Positions 42,718-53,773 of a DNA stretch of 64,000 nucleotides are shown here, piece after piece. Source of the stretch: an uncultured delta proteobacterium (lineage in GTDB: Bacteria > Myxococcota_A > Polyangia > Fen-1088); the NCBI GenBank assembly GCA_963767925.1, contig CAVYGB010000002.1:960001-1024000 (forward strand), read 5' to 3'. Position 1 is the stretch's first letter. Each line of letters begins with the position of its first letter. A program made the position numbers and the translations under genes. Under the pieces are notes generated by a model. That model was given only the letters and a program-made list of their open reading frames with translations. It had not been told where the DNA came from and ran no database searches.

Positions 42718-44199
42718 TCAGATCTTCACCTGCTTCCACTTGCCGCGCTTGAACAGGACGACGCCGATCACGGCCATGGTGCAGAAGGCGACTGTTATCG
42801 CGATGAACACGCCGGTGGGGCCCAGGCCCACGGGGTGTGACAGCACCCAGGCGAGGGGGATCTCCAGCACCCAGAAGCAGAAGAAGTTGATCCAGGTCGG
42901 GGTGCGGGTGTCGCCGGCCCCGTTGAAGGACTGGGTGACGACCATGGCGTAGGCGTAAAAGAGAAAACCCAGGGCGATGATGCGCAGGCCACGGCTGCCC
43001 CACAGGTGCACCACCGGGTCGGCGGTGAAGAGGCCCGCGATGGGTTCGGCGAACAGCACGAAGGCCAGGCCCCAGACCGCCAGGAAGCCGACGTTGTAAA
43101 GCGCCGCCCGCCAGACCGCCTGCTCGGCCCGATCGGGGCGGCCGGCGCCGAGGTTCTGGCCCACCAGGGTCGCGGCGGCGTTGGACATGCCGAACGAGGG
43201 CAGCAGGGCGAACATCACCACCCGCATCGCGATGCCGTAACCGGCGATCACCTGGCTGCCGAAGGTGGTCATCACCCGCACCAGCAGCACCCAGCTCGTC
43301 ATGCCGATCAGGAGCTGCAGCACGCCGCTGCGGGCGATCCGGATGATCGTGCCCATCGCTTCGCGGTCGAAGCCGAGGTGCTCGCGGCGGATCTGCACCC
43401 GGCCGTTGCCCCGGAACAACATGTAGAGCTGGAACAGCACGCCGCAGCCGCGGCCGATGGTGGTGGCCACCGCCGCGCCCATGACCCCGAGCTGCGGGAA
43501 GGGTCCCCAGCCGAAGACCAGGAACGGACACAGGACGATGTTGATGCTGTTCGCCAGCCACAACGTCCGCATGGAGAAGACGGCGTCGCCAGCCCCCCGG
43601 AAGACGGCGTTGAGCATGAACAGCATCACCACCGTCACGCACCCGCCCATCATGACGCGGGTGTAGCCCGCTCCGGTGGCCACCAGCGCGGGCGAGGCCC
43701 CCATCAGCGACAGCAACTTCGGCGCCAGGGCGACGCCGATGGTGCCGACGACGAGCGCGAACCCCAGGCCCAGCAAGATGGCCTGGACCGCCGCCCGGGC
43801 GGCCGCCTCCGGCTTCTTCTCGCCGGTGCGGCGGGCAACCACCGCGGTGGCCCCGATGCTGAGCCCGATGCAGAGCGCGTAGACGAGGGTCAGCCAGCTC
43901 TCGGTGAGCGTGACGGTGGCCTGCGCGTCGGGGCCCAGCTTGCCCACCCAGAACAGGTCCACCACCGCGAACAGCGACTCGGCGAACATCTCGATGACCA
44001 TCGGGACCGCCAGCAGCAGGAGCGAGCGACCCAGGGACTCCTTTGTGTAGTCGACCCGCGACCCGCGCACGGCGTCCCACACCAGCCGCCCCAGCCCCTG
44101 CTGCTTCGCTGCCGGGTCGGTGGCGGCCGGCACGACGGACCCCGGACCATCCCCTGCACGCCCGGCGTCACCGACGTTTCGAGTTTCTTCGATCGTCAT
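42718..44199 (-). CDS. MATE-family efflux transporter
   Basis: LLAVPMVIEM..VDLFWVGKLG, FRGAGD, LVGQNLGAG, FNGAGDT. Confidence 0.94.
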   Translation of the reverse strand: MTIEETRNVGDAGRAGDGPGSVVPAATDPAAKQQGLGRLVWDAVRGSRVDYTKESLGRSLLLLAVPMVIEMFAESLFAVVDLFWVGKLGPDAQATVTLTESWLTLVYALCIGLSIGATAVVARRTGEKKPEAAARAAVQAILLGLGFALVVGTIGVALAPKLLSLMGASPALVATGAGYTRVMMGGCVTVVMLFMLNAVFRGAGDAVFSMRTLWLANSINIVLCPFLVFGWGPFPQLGVMGAAVATTIGRGCGVLFQLYMLFRGNGRVQIRREHLGFDREAMGTIIRIARSGVLQLLIGMTSWVLLVRVMTTFGSQVIAGYGIAMRVVMFALLPSFGMSNAAATLVGQNLGAGRPDRAEQAVWRAALYNVGFLAVWGLAFVLFAEPIAGLFTADPVVHLWGSRGLRIIALGFLFYAYAMVVTQSFNGAGDTRTPTWINFFCFWVLEIPLAWVLSHPVGLGPTGVFIAITVAFCTMAVIGVVLFKRGKWKQVKI

Positions 44200-44386
44200 G
44201 GCGCGGGACCGTACGCGCCTCCGCCAAGAAGTGCAGCCTTGAAATTTCGCCGCGGTCCAACGAGTATGGTGATGGCCGCGGGCTTCGCGTCGCCCGCCGG
44301 GCCCACCCGAGGCGTAGGCGGAGCGGCGCTGGCAGCGCTCGAGGACGTCGACCACCGTGCGGCGGACCGTCACCGGCGGGCGCGGC

Positions 44387-47300
44387 TCAGGCGGTGGCGG
44401 CCTGCTCGTCGGGCAGCGCGGTCGGCTTGGGTCCGCCCCGGCGCCGGCCAAACCGGGCGCGGGCCTCGTTGACCACCACGTAGGAGACGGGGACCAGCAC
44501 GAGGGTCACCAGGGTGGAGGCGGTGAGCCCGCCGATCACCACCCGGGCCAGGGGGGCCTGGATCTCCGCCCCCGCGCCCAGCCCCAGGGCCATCGGCAAG
44601 AGGCCGATCACGGCGGTGGCCGTGCTCATGAGGATGGGGCGCAGCCGCAGGCGGCCGGCCTCGATCACCGCCTCGGCCGGGCCCAGGTGGCGCTCGCGGC
44701 GGAGCTGGTTGACCGTATCGACAAGCACGATGGCGTTGCTGACCACCACCCCCACCAGCATCACCAGGCCCATCACGCTCTGGATGTTGAGGCTGGTCCC
44801 GGTCAGCAGCAGGGCCGGGACCACCCCGATCAGGGCCACCGGCACCGACAACATGACGATCAGCGGATCGATCAGCCGCTCGAACTGGGCGGCCATCAAC
44901 ATGTAGACCAGCACGATGGCCATCGCGATGGCGATGATGAAGTCGCGCCGCGCCTCCTGCTGCTCCTGGTACTCCCCGGAGTAGACGATGGCGTAGCCCG
45001 GTGGCAGCACCAGGTCGCTCAGCGCTGCCTGCACCCGCTCGATGGCGTCGCCCTGGGCCACCCCCTCCTCGAGATTGGCGCTGACGTAGGTGACCCGCTG
45101 CCCGTCGACCCGGGAGATGCCGGTGGGGCCCCGGCTGCGCTCGCGCGTGACCACCGCCGACAGCGGCACCGCCGCCCCGGACGGCGTGCGCAGCGAGACC
45201 TGCTCCAGGTCCTGGGCGTACAGGCGATCTTCGGGCTTGAGGCGCACGAGGATGGGGTGCTCCTCCCCCTCGTCGCGCAGGCGCCCGGCCTCGATGCCGC
45301 CCACGTTGGCCTGCACCGCCCGGGCCACGTCGCGCACCGACAGGCCCAGCTCGGCGATGCGCTCGCGCTCGAACACCAGGCGCTCCTCGGGCCGCCCCTC
45401 GCGCCGGCTGACCCGCACCCCCGTCACCCCGGGCACCACCTGCATGCGGGCGCGCATCACGGCGGCGATCTGATCGGCCCGCTCGATGTCCCAGCCGCGC
45501 AGCTCGATCTGGATGGCGTCTTGCCCCTCGCCCGAGCTGAAGATCCGCCGCAGGATCCACAGGCCCGGCTGGGCGTTGACCGTCACCTCGCCGCCCGGGA
45601 TCTTCCCGGCCACCGCCGCTCGCAGCCGGTCGGCCACCTGGCCCCCGACATGGTCCGCTGCTCGCGCGGCACCAGGCGCAGCTCCACCTCGGCGTCGCCG
45701 CCCCGGATCTCGGTGGAGATCATGTCGACCTGGCCGGGCGGCAGCGCCGCCCGCACCCGCGACTCCAGCTCGTCGACGTAGGCCCGCACCACCGCCAGGT
45801 TGGTCCCCTGGGCCATCTCCAGCTCGACATCGACCTCGTCCGCGTCGGTCTGGGGCGTCAGCTCGACCGGGATGAGCGGCCACAGCGCCATCGCTCCCGC
45901 CACCAGCACCCCGGTCAGCAGGAACACCCGCCCGCGCCGGCCCAGCACCCGGCGGAGCAGCCGGCCGTACCAGCGCTCGAGCCGCACGGTGAGCCCCGGG
46001 CGCGCGCCCGCCCCGCCCCCGCCGCTCGGCCGGGCCCCCCCGGGATGCAGGAGCTGCGGCACCGAGCCGCCGCGCAACATGCGCGCCGCCAGCACCGGCA
46101 CCACCGTGAAGCCCACCACCAGCGAGCAGGCCTGGCAGAACACCACCACCAGGGCCAGCGACTGGAACAGCGACCCGCTGGTCGACTGCATGAAGACGAG
46201 GGGCAGGAACACCACGCAGGTGGTGAGGGTGGAGGCCAGCATGGCCCCCCCCATCTCGGAGGCCCCCACCGAGGCCGCCTCCTCGGGCGAAGCGCCCGTC
46301 TCCTCCCGCTTGCGGACGATGTTCTCCAGCACGACGACGGCGTTGTCGACCATCATCCCCACCCCCAGGGCCAGCCCCCCGAAGGTCATCTGGTTGAGGG
46401 TCAGCCCCCCGAAATACAGCAGGGCGAAGCAGGCGATGATCGAGACCGGGATCGAGATGGCGATGATGGCGGTGCTGGCCCCGCTGCGCAGAAACGCGTA
46501 GAGCACCAGGATCGCCAGCAGCGACCCCCACAGCGCGCTCGAGCGCACGTTGTCGATCGACTGGCGGATGAAGGTGCTCTGGTCGGAGAAGACCGTCAGG
46601 TGCAGGTCGTCGCGCTCGGTGTTGATCCGCTCGACCTCCTCCCGGATCCGCTGCGCCACCTCGACCGTGTTCGACCCGCTCTGCTTCTGGATCGCCACCG
46701 TGACCGAGGGGACCCCGTTGGCCTCGGCCAGATAGCGCACGTCCTCCCAGCCGTCGATCACGTCGGCCACGTCGCCCAGGTGGACCGGCTGCCCGGCCAC
46801 CGTGGAGATCACCGTCCGCGCGATCTCGGCCACCGTGCGGAACTCGCCCACCGGGCGCACATACAGGTCGGCCAGGCCCCCCTTGACGTTGCCCCCCGGC
46901 ACCGTGAGGTTCTCGCGGCGGAGCGCCGCCTCGACGTCGAGGGCGGTCATCCCCGCCGCCCGCAGCCGGTCGCGGTGCAGGTCGACCCGCACCTGGCGGC
47001 GGATCCCGCCCCACAGCTCGACCGCGCCCACCCCGGGGATCTGCTTGAAGCGGCGGGAGATCTCCCGCTCGAGGATGTGGGTCAGCTCCTCGAGGTGACG
47101 GGTGGAGGTGGCCACCAGGCCGACGACCTCGACGTTGTCGAAGTCGAACTTCATGATCTCGGGCTGGTCGGCCTCGGGCGGCAGGTCGTCCCGGATGCGG
47201 TCGAGGGCCGAGCGCAGGTCGTTGGCCGCCTCGTCGAGGTCGGTGCCCCGGGCGAAGTCGAGGCGGATCCGGCTCATCCCCTCCTCGGAGAACGAGCCCA

Positions 47301-47538
47301 GCCGCTCCAGGTTGGGCAGGCCGGCCACCACGTTTTCGATCCGGTTGGTGATGATCTGCTCGACCTCCTGGGGGCCGACGTTGGGATAGCGCACGCGCAC
47401 GGTGAGCTGCGTGAACTCGACCCTGGGCAGCAGGTCGACCGGCAGGCTGCGCCAGGAGACCACGCCGACGACGAGCAGGATGAGGTAGGCCATCAGGGTG
47501 GCCACCGGACGGCGCAACGACAGACGGGGGAGCGACAT
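44387..47538 (-). CDS. RND efflux permease (AcrB/SwrC-like), 1-nt frameshift near 45640
   Basis: LSLRRPVAT, GMMVDNAVVVLENI; second frame MAAQFE, GVVVSNAIVLVD, RLRPILMS. Confidence 0.93.
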
Positions 47539-47547
47539 GGTGGGGGC

Positions 47548-49014
47548 TCAGGGATGGGCGGACGGGGAGGTGCCGCCCGCGCCGCCGGTCGCCTCGGCCT
47601 CGGTCGGCGGGGGCGCAACCGCGGCCGCCGGGGGACGCCCGGTGCTGCTGTCCTGCTGCTGTTGCTGTTTGAGGAAAACGTCGGCGCTGGGCGGCTCGAC
47701 CCCGATGGTGCGGGCCAGCCGTTGCTGCTTCTCGAGGAACCGCGCCAGCAGGTCCTCCTGCTGCCGGGCCTGCAGCTCGAGCACGCGCTCCCACTGGGCC
47801 GGCCGCACCCGGGCCTGCGGCTTGTCGGCGGCGGCGGCCAGCAGGTGCTGGCCGATGGTGACGACCTGCTCGCCCTCGCGCACCCCCTCGACGCCGAGGG
47901 TGGCGCGCCCCTCGGCCAGGATCTCGATCGGCCGCAGGCGGGCCAGGTGGGGCCCCGTCTCGCCCCGGGCGCCGCGCGGGCGGTCGATGACGTAGACGCC
48001 GAGCAGCCCCGTGCGGGGGTCTTCCCACAGCGCGCTCACCGGGACCAGGGTGGCCAGCACGCTCTGCCCGTGGGCGATGTCGGCGGTGACGAACATGCCG
48101 GGCATCAGCCGGCCCTCGGTGTTGTCGACCTCCACCTCGGCGGTGGTGGTGAAGCTGCCCGCCGCCAGGAAGGGGGAGATGCGCGACAGCTTGGCCGCGA
48201 TCCGGCGGTTGCCCAGGGCTGCCCCGCCGATCTCGACCGGCATGCCCGCCTGCACCTGGGCCAGCATCTTCTCGGCGATCGGCAGGTCGATCACCACCTT
48301 GGTCAGGTCGCCGACCACGAACAGCACCGTGGCGGGCGTGACCAGCATGCCGACCTCGAGCGCGCGGCGGCCCACCCGCCCGGCGATCGGCGAACGCACC
48401 ACCGTCTTGTCGAGGGTCGACCGGCGCCCGCCCAGCGCGGCCCGGGCCTCCTGCGCCCGGGCGGTCGCCTGCTTGACGCTGGCCTGCGCCGCCGCGAGCT
48501 GCGCCTCCTGCGTCTCGCTCTCGAGGGCGCTGACGATGGCCTGCTCGGCCAGCTTGCGGGTGCGGGTCGTCTGCGCCTGCAGCTCGGTCACCCGCGCGCG
48601 CGCCGCCGCCGCCTCGGCCAGCGCGAGCTGCACGCTCGCCTGCCCCTCGCGCAGCGCCTGCCGTTGCACGTCGGGCTCCAGCCGGACGAGGGGCTGCCCC
48701 TTCTCCACCGCGTCGCCGCTCTCCACCAGGACCTCGGCGAGGACGGCGGTGATCTCGGGACGGATGTCGACCTGGCTCCGGGCCCGCACCACCCCGCTGA
48801 CCCGGTGGACCAGCGGCAACGACCCCCGGCGGGCGGGCAGCGCCTCGACGAGCGGGATCTGGGGAGGCTCCCGGCTGGGCGCGGCGGGCTCGCTCTTGCG
48901 CGCGCAGGCCGCGCCGCTCAGGACGGCGGCGGCGACAAGCGCGAAGCGCGCGGCGCGCGGGAGGCTGGAGGGATCATGCGAAGCACGGTTCGAGGGTCGG
49001 GCGTCTGGGGGCAT
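47548..49014 (-). CDS. RND periplasmic adaptor (membrane fusion protein)
   Basis: VESGDAVEKGQPL, VRSPIAG, LMPGMF; coiled-coil hairpin. Confidence 0.92.
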   Translation of the reverse strand: MPPDARPSNRASHDPSSLPRAARFALVAAAVLSGAACARKSEPAAPSREPPQIPLVEALPARRGSLPLVHRVSGVVRARSQVDIRPEITAVLAEVLVESGDAVEKGQPLVRLEPDVQRQALREGQASVQLALAEAAAARARVTELQAQTTRTRKLAEQAIVSALESETQEAQLAAAQASVKQATARAQEARAALGGRRSTLDKTVVRSPIAGRVGRRALEVGMLVTPATVLFVVGDLTKVVIDLPIAEKMLAQVQAGMPVEIGGAALGNRRIAAKLSRISPFLAAGSFTTTAEVEVDNTEGRLMPGMFVTADIAHGQSVLATLVPVSALWEDPRTGLLGVYVIDRPRGARGETGPHLARLRPIEILAEGRATLGVEGVREGEQVVTIGQHLLAAAADKPQARVRPAQWERVLELQARQQEDLLARFLEKQQRLARTIGVEPPSADVFLKQQQQQDSSTGRPPAAAVAPPPTEAEATGGAGGTSPSAHP

Positions 49015-49141
49015 CGGGAGGACACGGCTGGCGGGCGGGTGGCGCGGGCGGACGGAACGGCCCGACGCCCACGAAGTGCGAGAGGGTTTACTTTGATCAG
49101 ACCCTCGACGTTGACCCCGCCGGCCATGACGCGTGGTGTTT

Positions 49142-49708
49142 TCACGCCACGTTTACATCACCATCGGCCTTACCACCGGCGAGGTGCGCTTCCTTAACCC
49201 GCGCCTCGTGATCGAGCAACCACCGCTTCGCAACTTCTCCGCCGCCGTAGCCCGTCAAGCTGCCGTCGGCGCCGATGACCCGGTGGCAGGGGATGACGAT
49301 CGAGATGGGGTTACGCCCGTTGGCCGCCCCCACCGCCCGGCTGGCCGTCGGCTGCGCCACCGCGCGCGCCAGCTCGCCGTAGCTCCAGGTCCCGGCGTAC
49401 GGGATGTCGCGCAGCTTCCGCCACACCCGCTCCTGGAACGCCGTCCCCGCCGGCGCCAGAGGCAGATCGAAGGCCACCCGCTCGCCCGCGAAGTAGCCGC
49501 CAAGCTGCGCCTCCGCGGCGTCGAGCACGCTCCGGTCGGCCGGGTCGTCACCCGGCGCGGCGATCGGCGCCGGGGGATGTCGGGTCTCGGGCAGGTACAG
49601 CCCCGTCAGGGCTCCCCCCGCCGCGCGCAGCTCGATCGCCCCCAGCGGGGTCTCCACCCGACGGGTGGAGGTCCGGATCGATCGGGATGGGCTCACTTCG
49701 GTCTTCAT
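49142..49708 (-). CDS. ogt: methylated-DNA-protein-cysteine methyltransferase
   Basis: GTAFQERVW, RAVGAANGRNP, IPCHRV, LTGYGGG. Confidence 0.95.
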   Translation of the reverse strand: MKTEVSPSRSIRTSTRRVETPLGAIELRAAGGALTGLYLPETRHPPAPIAAPGDDPADRSVLDAAEAQLGGYFAGERVAFDLPLAPAGTAFQERVWRKLRDIPYAGTWSYGELARAVAQPTASRAVGAANGRNPISIVIPCHRVIGADGSLTGYGGGEVAKRWLLDHEARVKEAHLAGGKADGDVNVA

Positions 49709-51348
49709 CGCGCATCTCCTTTCTCACGTTCGCTCGCTCGCTCGTTGCTTTGCTTCTTGGCGTGCATCTTCACGGGCGCCTTCGTGGACGCCTTCGTGGT
49801 CGTCTTTGCGGGCACCTTCGTGGGCGCCTTGGCGCGCGTCCTCCCCGGCGTCTTCGTTCGCCCGGTCGCCGGCGTCGGCGCGGGCGCCTCGCTCCTGGCT
49901 CCCCCCAGCGAGGACCACAGGTACATCACCGCGTACGAGCGCCAGGGCCGCCAGCGCTCCGAGCGCGCCTCGGCCTCGGCGGCGCTGACGTCGCCGAGGG
50001 CGCGGCGCACGCCGAGGTCGCCCGCCGGGAAGGCATCCGGGTTGCGGGCCGCGCGCATCGCCAGGTAGGCCGCCGTCCAGGGGCCGACGCCGGGCAGGGT
50101 CAGGAGCTGGGCGGTCACCGCCTCGGCGTCCGCCCCTTGCTCGGGCAGCGCCACCCGGCCGGTGGCGTAGGCCTCCGCCACCCCGCGCAGAGCCGCCGCC
50201 CGGGCGCGCGGCAACCCGATGGTGGCGATCGCCTCGGGCGCCACCCGCGCCAGCTCGGCCGCCGTGGGGAAGCGGTGGTGCAGGTGGGGGTCGTCGGTGC
50301 GCACCGGGTGGCCGAAGCGCTCGACAAGGCGGCCGGCCAGCGTCGTCGCCCCCCGCACCGAGACCTGCTGCCCCAGGATGGCCCGCGCCGTGGTCTCGAA
50401 GGGATCCACCGACCCCGGGACACGCAGCCCCGGTCGCGCCGCCAGCAGCGGCGCCAGCCGGGCATCCGCGGCCAGCGTGGCGGCGATGGCGTCCGGGCGG
50501 GCGTCGAGGTCGAACAGGTGGCGCAGCTTCGCCACCAGCTTCATGACCCCACCGATCAGCGACAGCGACGCCTCCACCCAGAGGGCGGGCCGGGCCGGGT
50601 CGGCGCGCACCGCGACCGTGCCGACCTTGCCGTCGACCTCGATCACCCGGCGGTAATGGCCGCCCCGATCGCCCTCGACCCGCTCGACCCCCGGGGTGGC
50701 GCGGTCACCAAGGAAGGCCAGCAGCCCCGCCCAGTCGAGCGGCGGGCGATAATCCAGGCGCAGCGACAGCGTGCGCGCCACCGCCTCGCTGCCATGGGCC
50801 CGGCGCAGCTCCCCCGGCGGGCGCCCGAAGCGCTCGCGAAACAGGGCGTTGAACCGGCGCACGCTCTGGAACCCGCTGGCGAAGGCGATCTCGGCCAGCC
50901 CCAGCCGGGTGTCCTGCAGCAGCCGCTTGGCCAGGGCCAGCCGCCGCGACTGCGCCAGCTCCACCGGGGATAGCCCGATCTGCTGCACCATGGCCCGCCG
51001 CAGGTGGCGCCCGGTCACCCCCAGGTCCTCGGCGAGCTGATCGACGTCGTGCTCGTTGAGGTACCCCTCGTCGATGCGGGCCACCGCGCTGGTCACCAGC
51101 CGCGGCAGCGCATCCGCCCCCGCCTGCCCCGGCGCCAGCTCCGGCCGGCAGCGGAAGCAGGCCCGGAACCCCGCCTTGTCCGCCGCCGCCGCCGAGGGGA
51201 AAAACGTGCAGCGGTCGCGCCGGGGCGTGCGCGCGCTGCAGATCGACCGGCAGTAGATCCCCGTGGTGCTCACCCCCACGAAGAACAGCCCATCGAAGCG
51301 CGCGTCCCGCGCCGCCATGGCCCGGTAGTACCCGTCCCCGTTCTGCAT
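49705..51348 (-). CDS. alkA: Ada(Zn)-AraC-AlkA fusion DNA-3-methyladenine glycosylase
   Basis: TTGIYCRSIC, FRACFRCRP, AraC HTH, ILGQQVS, LPGVGPWTA, FPAGDL, WRPWRSYA. Confidence 0.94.
   Translation of the reverse strand: MQNGDGYYRAMAARDARFDGLFFVGVSTTGIYCRSICSARTPRRDRCTFFPSAAAADKAGFRACFRCRPELAPGQAGADALPRLVTSAVARIDEGYLNEHDVDQLAEDLGVTGRHLRRAMVQQIGLSPVELAQSRRLALAKRLLQDTRLGLAEIAFASGFQSVRRFNALFRERFGRPPGELRRAHGSEAVARTLSLRLDYRPPLDWAGLLAFLGDRATPGVERVEGDRGGHYRRVIEVDGKVGTVAVRADPARPALWVEASLSLIGGVMKLVAKLRHLFDLDARPDAIAATLAADARLAPLLAARPGLRVPGSVDPFETTARAILGQQVSVRGATTLAGRLVERFGHPVRTDDPHLHHRFPTAAELARVAPEAIATIGLPRARAAALRGVAEAYATGRVALPEQGADAEAVTAQLLTLPGVGPWTAAYLAMRAARNPDAFPAGDLGVRRALGDVSAAEAEARSERWRPWRSYAVMYLWSSLGGARSEAPAPTPATGRTKTPGRTRAKAPTKVPAKTTTKASTKAPVKMHAKKQSNERASEREKGDAR
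49766..49861 (-). repeat. imperfect 12-nt repeat x8 encoding a Lys/Ala/Pro/Thr-rich AlkA tail
   Basis: Units such as GCCTTCGTGGAC, GCCTTCGTGGTC, ACCTTCGTGGGC; protein RTKTPGRTRAKAPTKVPAKTTTKASTKAPVKM. Confidence 0.75.
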
Positions 51349-51430
51349 GGCGCCCGTTGTACCCCACCCCTTCCCCCCGATCTGGCCGTTTTCGGACCAG
51401 GGAGCAACATGCTCGATCTGGGGTAGCCGA

Positions 51431-51860
51431 CGCACGCTCCGGCGCTACGTTCTGCGCGAGCTCGGCTGGCGCCAGAAGCAGCCCACGGTGCGGATCGACG
51501 ATCCGGCGCCGGGGCAGGTGGCACAGGTCGGCCTCGGGCTGATGGGGCACGATCATCGACGAAAAGGGCAAGCGGCGGAAGCTACTGATCGTGACGCTGT
51601 CGTCGAGTCGGCACATGTTCGTCCGGGGCCGACGCTGCCGCAGACGACCGATGAGGTGCGCTGGCTCGACGCCGCCTGGCGGTTTTTCGGAGGCGTGCCC
51701 AGGCACACGATCGTCGACCACGCGACCGCGATGATGATGCGCGCGAGCGCGCCGACCCCGGGCTCAATCGCAGCTTCCGCGAGTACGCCGAGTCTCCTAG
51801 CTTCTTCCCCGACACAGCCCGCGTGCGGCACCCCCACGCACAAGGCGGGCAGCCGGCACC
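51431..51860 (+). mobile_element. istA: degenerate IS21-family transposase (IstA) fragment
   Basis: Frame-hopping pieces TLRRY..PTVRIDDPAPGQVAQV, LIVTLSSSRHMFV, AWRFFGGVPRHTIVD, DPGLNRSFREYAE..F.PDTARVRHP; no istB seen. Confidence 0.8.
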
Positions 51861-52575
51861 CACATCGAAGGGACTCGTCCTACGCCGATGGTGGCCCGAT
51901 CCGTTCTTCGTCGACGGTGCCATGGTGCTCGAACGGCGCATAACCATCAACGACCCGGCGGGCCAAGGGCCACTTGGGACCGGCATCTACAATCATGCCG
52001 CCGGCGTCACGACCCGCACCGTCCACGTCAGCAACCTGAGCGTCGGACAATCCCCGTAGAAGGGCCGGCACACGATCCGGCAAGGTATCCAGGTCACTGC
52101 GATTCAAGGCGAGCGCAAGCCACGTCTGCGCCGCATCCCGCCGCTCCGCCCCAGGACGACGAGCGCGGCTGCGACAGCTGGCGGGCCGCCGCCGTTCCGC
52201 GCTCTCGGAGAAGGTGGATAGGTATTTCAAGCCGCGAAACACATCGCGCCATCGATGTTCGAACAAGGGACCCTACGCCACCTACGCAGCCTCTCCCCGG
52301 TGGAAACCGGCCAGCCCCCACCAGTCGCCCGGGCGAGCGGACTCGCCCCCTTCCGATCCTTGCTCTCCCCCGGGGTGAAGGGGCATCCGTCAGGAAGAGG
52401 TGCACGTAGTTTACGCATGGGTCCTTACCGGACATTGCTAGCGCGACGTGTCTCGCCGCTCAAAGTACCTATCCAGTCACTGAGCCCAAGCTCTTGTCGC
52501 CTTGCGCTTTTCTGGCGCGTATCCCGTCTGCTGGCCTGTTAGGCTCGCCCCGTTCCAGCTAGGAGGACCATCCCC

Positions 52576-53763
52576 TTGATCGACGCCGATGAGCTTGCTC
52601 GTCTCCTTGGGGATCTTGAATCTGACCGCATAGAGCGGACGGAGTCGCTAAACAAAACGGACAAGTTCTGTAAGGCGATCTGCGCTTTCGCCAACGATAT
52701 GCCAGGCCATCGGCTGCCCGGCTATCTCTGCCTCGGCGTTGACAAGCATGGGTCCCCGACGAACGCTGTGATCGACGAACGCCTTCTCGAGACGTTGGCT
52801 GGCCACCGGGGTAATGGTCAGATCATCCCGATGCCGACCATGGAGGTGGCCAAGGTCAACTTCCAGGGCGTCCCCATCGCGGTCGTGAAGGTGCAGCCGT
52901 CCGACCTGCCGCCAGTACGCTATCAGATGCAGACTTGGATTCGTGTGGGACCGAGTGCCCGGCTCGCCACGCAGGAGGAAGAACGCCGGCTGACCGAAAG
53001 ACGGGTCGACCGAGCAAAAACCTGGGATTTGCAAGCCTGCGTCGGTGCGACGATGGAAGATCTCGCGCTTGACCTATTTCAGCTCACCTATCTACCCCAG
53101 GCCGTGTCGCGACAGGTGATTGAAGAAAACGGACGCCTCATCGAAGATCAACTTGGATCGCTCAGGTTTTTCCACAAGCCTCTTGCTGCACCGACGAACG
53201 CGGCGATTCTGCTCTTTGGCAAGGACCCTGAAACCTTCGTTCCTGGAGCCTACATCCAATACGTGCGCTACGACGGTGACAGCCAAGCTTGCGAGGTCCT
53301 GGTCGAGCGGCGGTTCTCGGGAGATCTGCTTCAAGTCATGCGAAGCCTGGATCAGATTGCGAAGGACGTGGCAAATGCCCGTCCCTTGCGCCAGGCAAAT
53401 CTCGCCGAAGTTACGGTACGAGACTATCCCGAAGTCGCCTTGCACGAGTTGCTGATGAACGCCGTGGTTCATCGAAACTACGACAACTCCACTACGCCTG
53501 TCTCCATCAACCATTTCTCGGATCGAATCGAAATTCAGAATCCCGGCTCTTTGTTCGGCGATCTGTCACGCGGGCAGTTTCCGAACGGCGTCTCGTATCG
53601 CAACCCCGTGCTCGCGGAAGCTGCCAAAACCCTCGGGTTTGTCAATCGCTTCGGCCGCGGCATCGCTGTGGCGCAACGCGCACTGCTTCAAAACGGGAGT
53701 CCGGCGCTTGAGTATGTGGTTGGCGACAACCACATGCTGATGACCCTGAAAAAGCGCTCATGA
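52576..53763 (+). CDS. Schlafen/AlbA_2 domain plus HATPase_c_4 (RecG-C-like) protein
   Basis: AGGAGG RBS, TTG start; ESDRIERTES..AICAFAND..LGVDK; YPEVALHELLMNAVVHRNY, NPGSL, YRNPVLA, RFGRGI; lower GC. Confidence 0.9.
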   Translation: MIDADELARLLGDLESDRIERTESLNKTDKFCKAICAFANDMPGHRLPGYLCLGVDKHGSPTNAVIDERLLETLAGHRGNGQIIPMPTMEVAKVNFQGVPIAVVKVQPSDLPPVRYQMQTWIRVGPSARLATQEEERRLTERRVDRAKTWDLQACVGATMEDLALDLFQLTYLPQAVSRQVIEENGRLIEDQLGSLRFFHKPLAAPTNAAILLFGKDPETFVPGAYIQYVRYDGDSQACEVLVERRFSGDLLQVMRSLDQIAKDVANARPLRQANLAEVTVRDYPEVALHELLMNAVVHRNYDNSTTPVSINHFSDRIEIQNPGSLFGDLSRGQFPNGVSYRNPVLAEAAKTLGFVNRFGRGIAVAQRALLQNGSPALEYVVGDNHMLMTLKKRS

Positions 53764-53773
53764 AGATCAAGAG

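Noticed and set aside
52285..52385. Further copies of the REP-like element
   Set aside because: Only short CTCTCCCC..GGGG similarity; too degenerate to support
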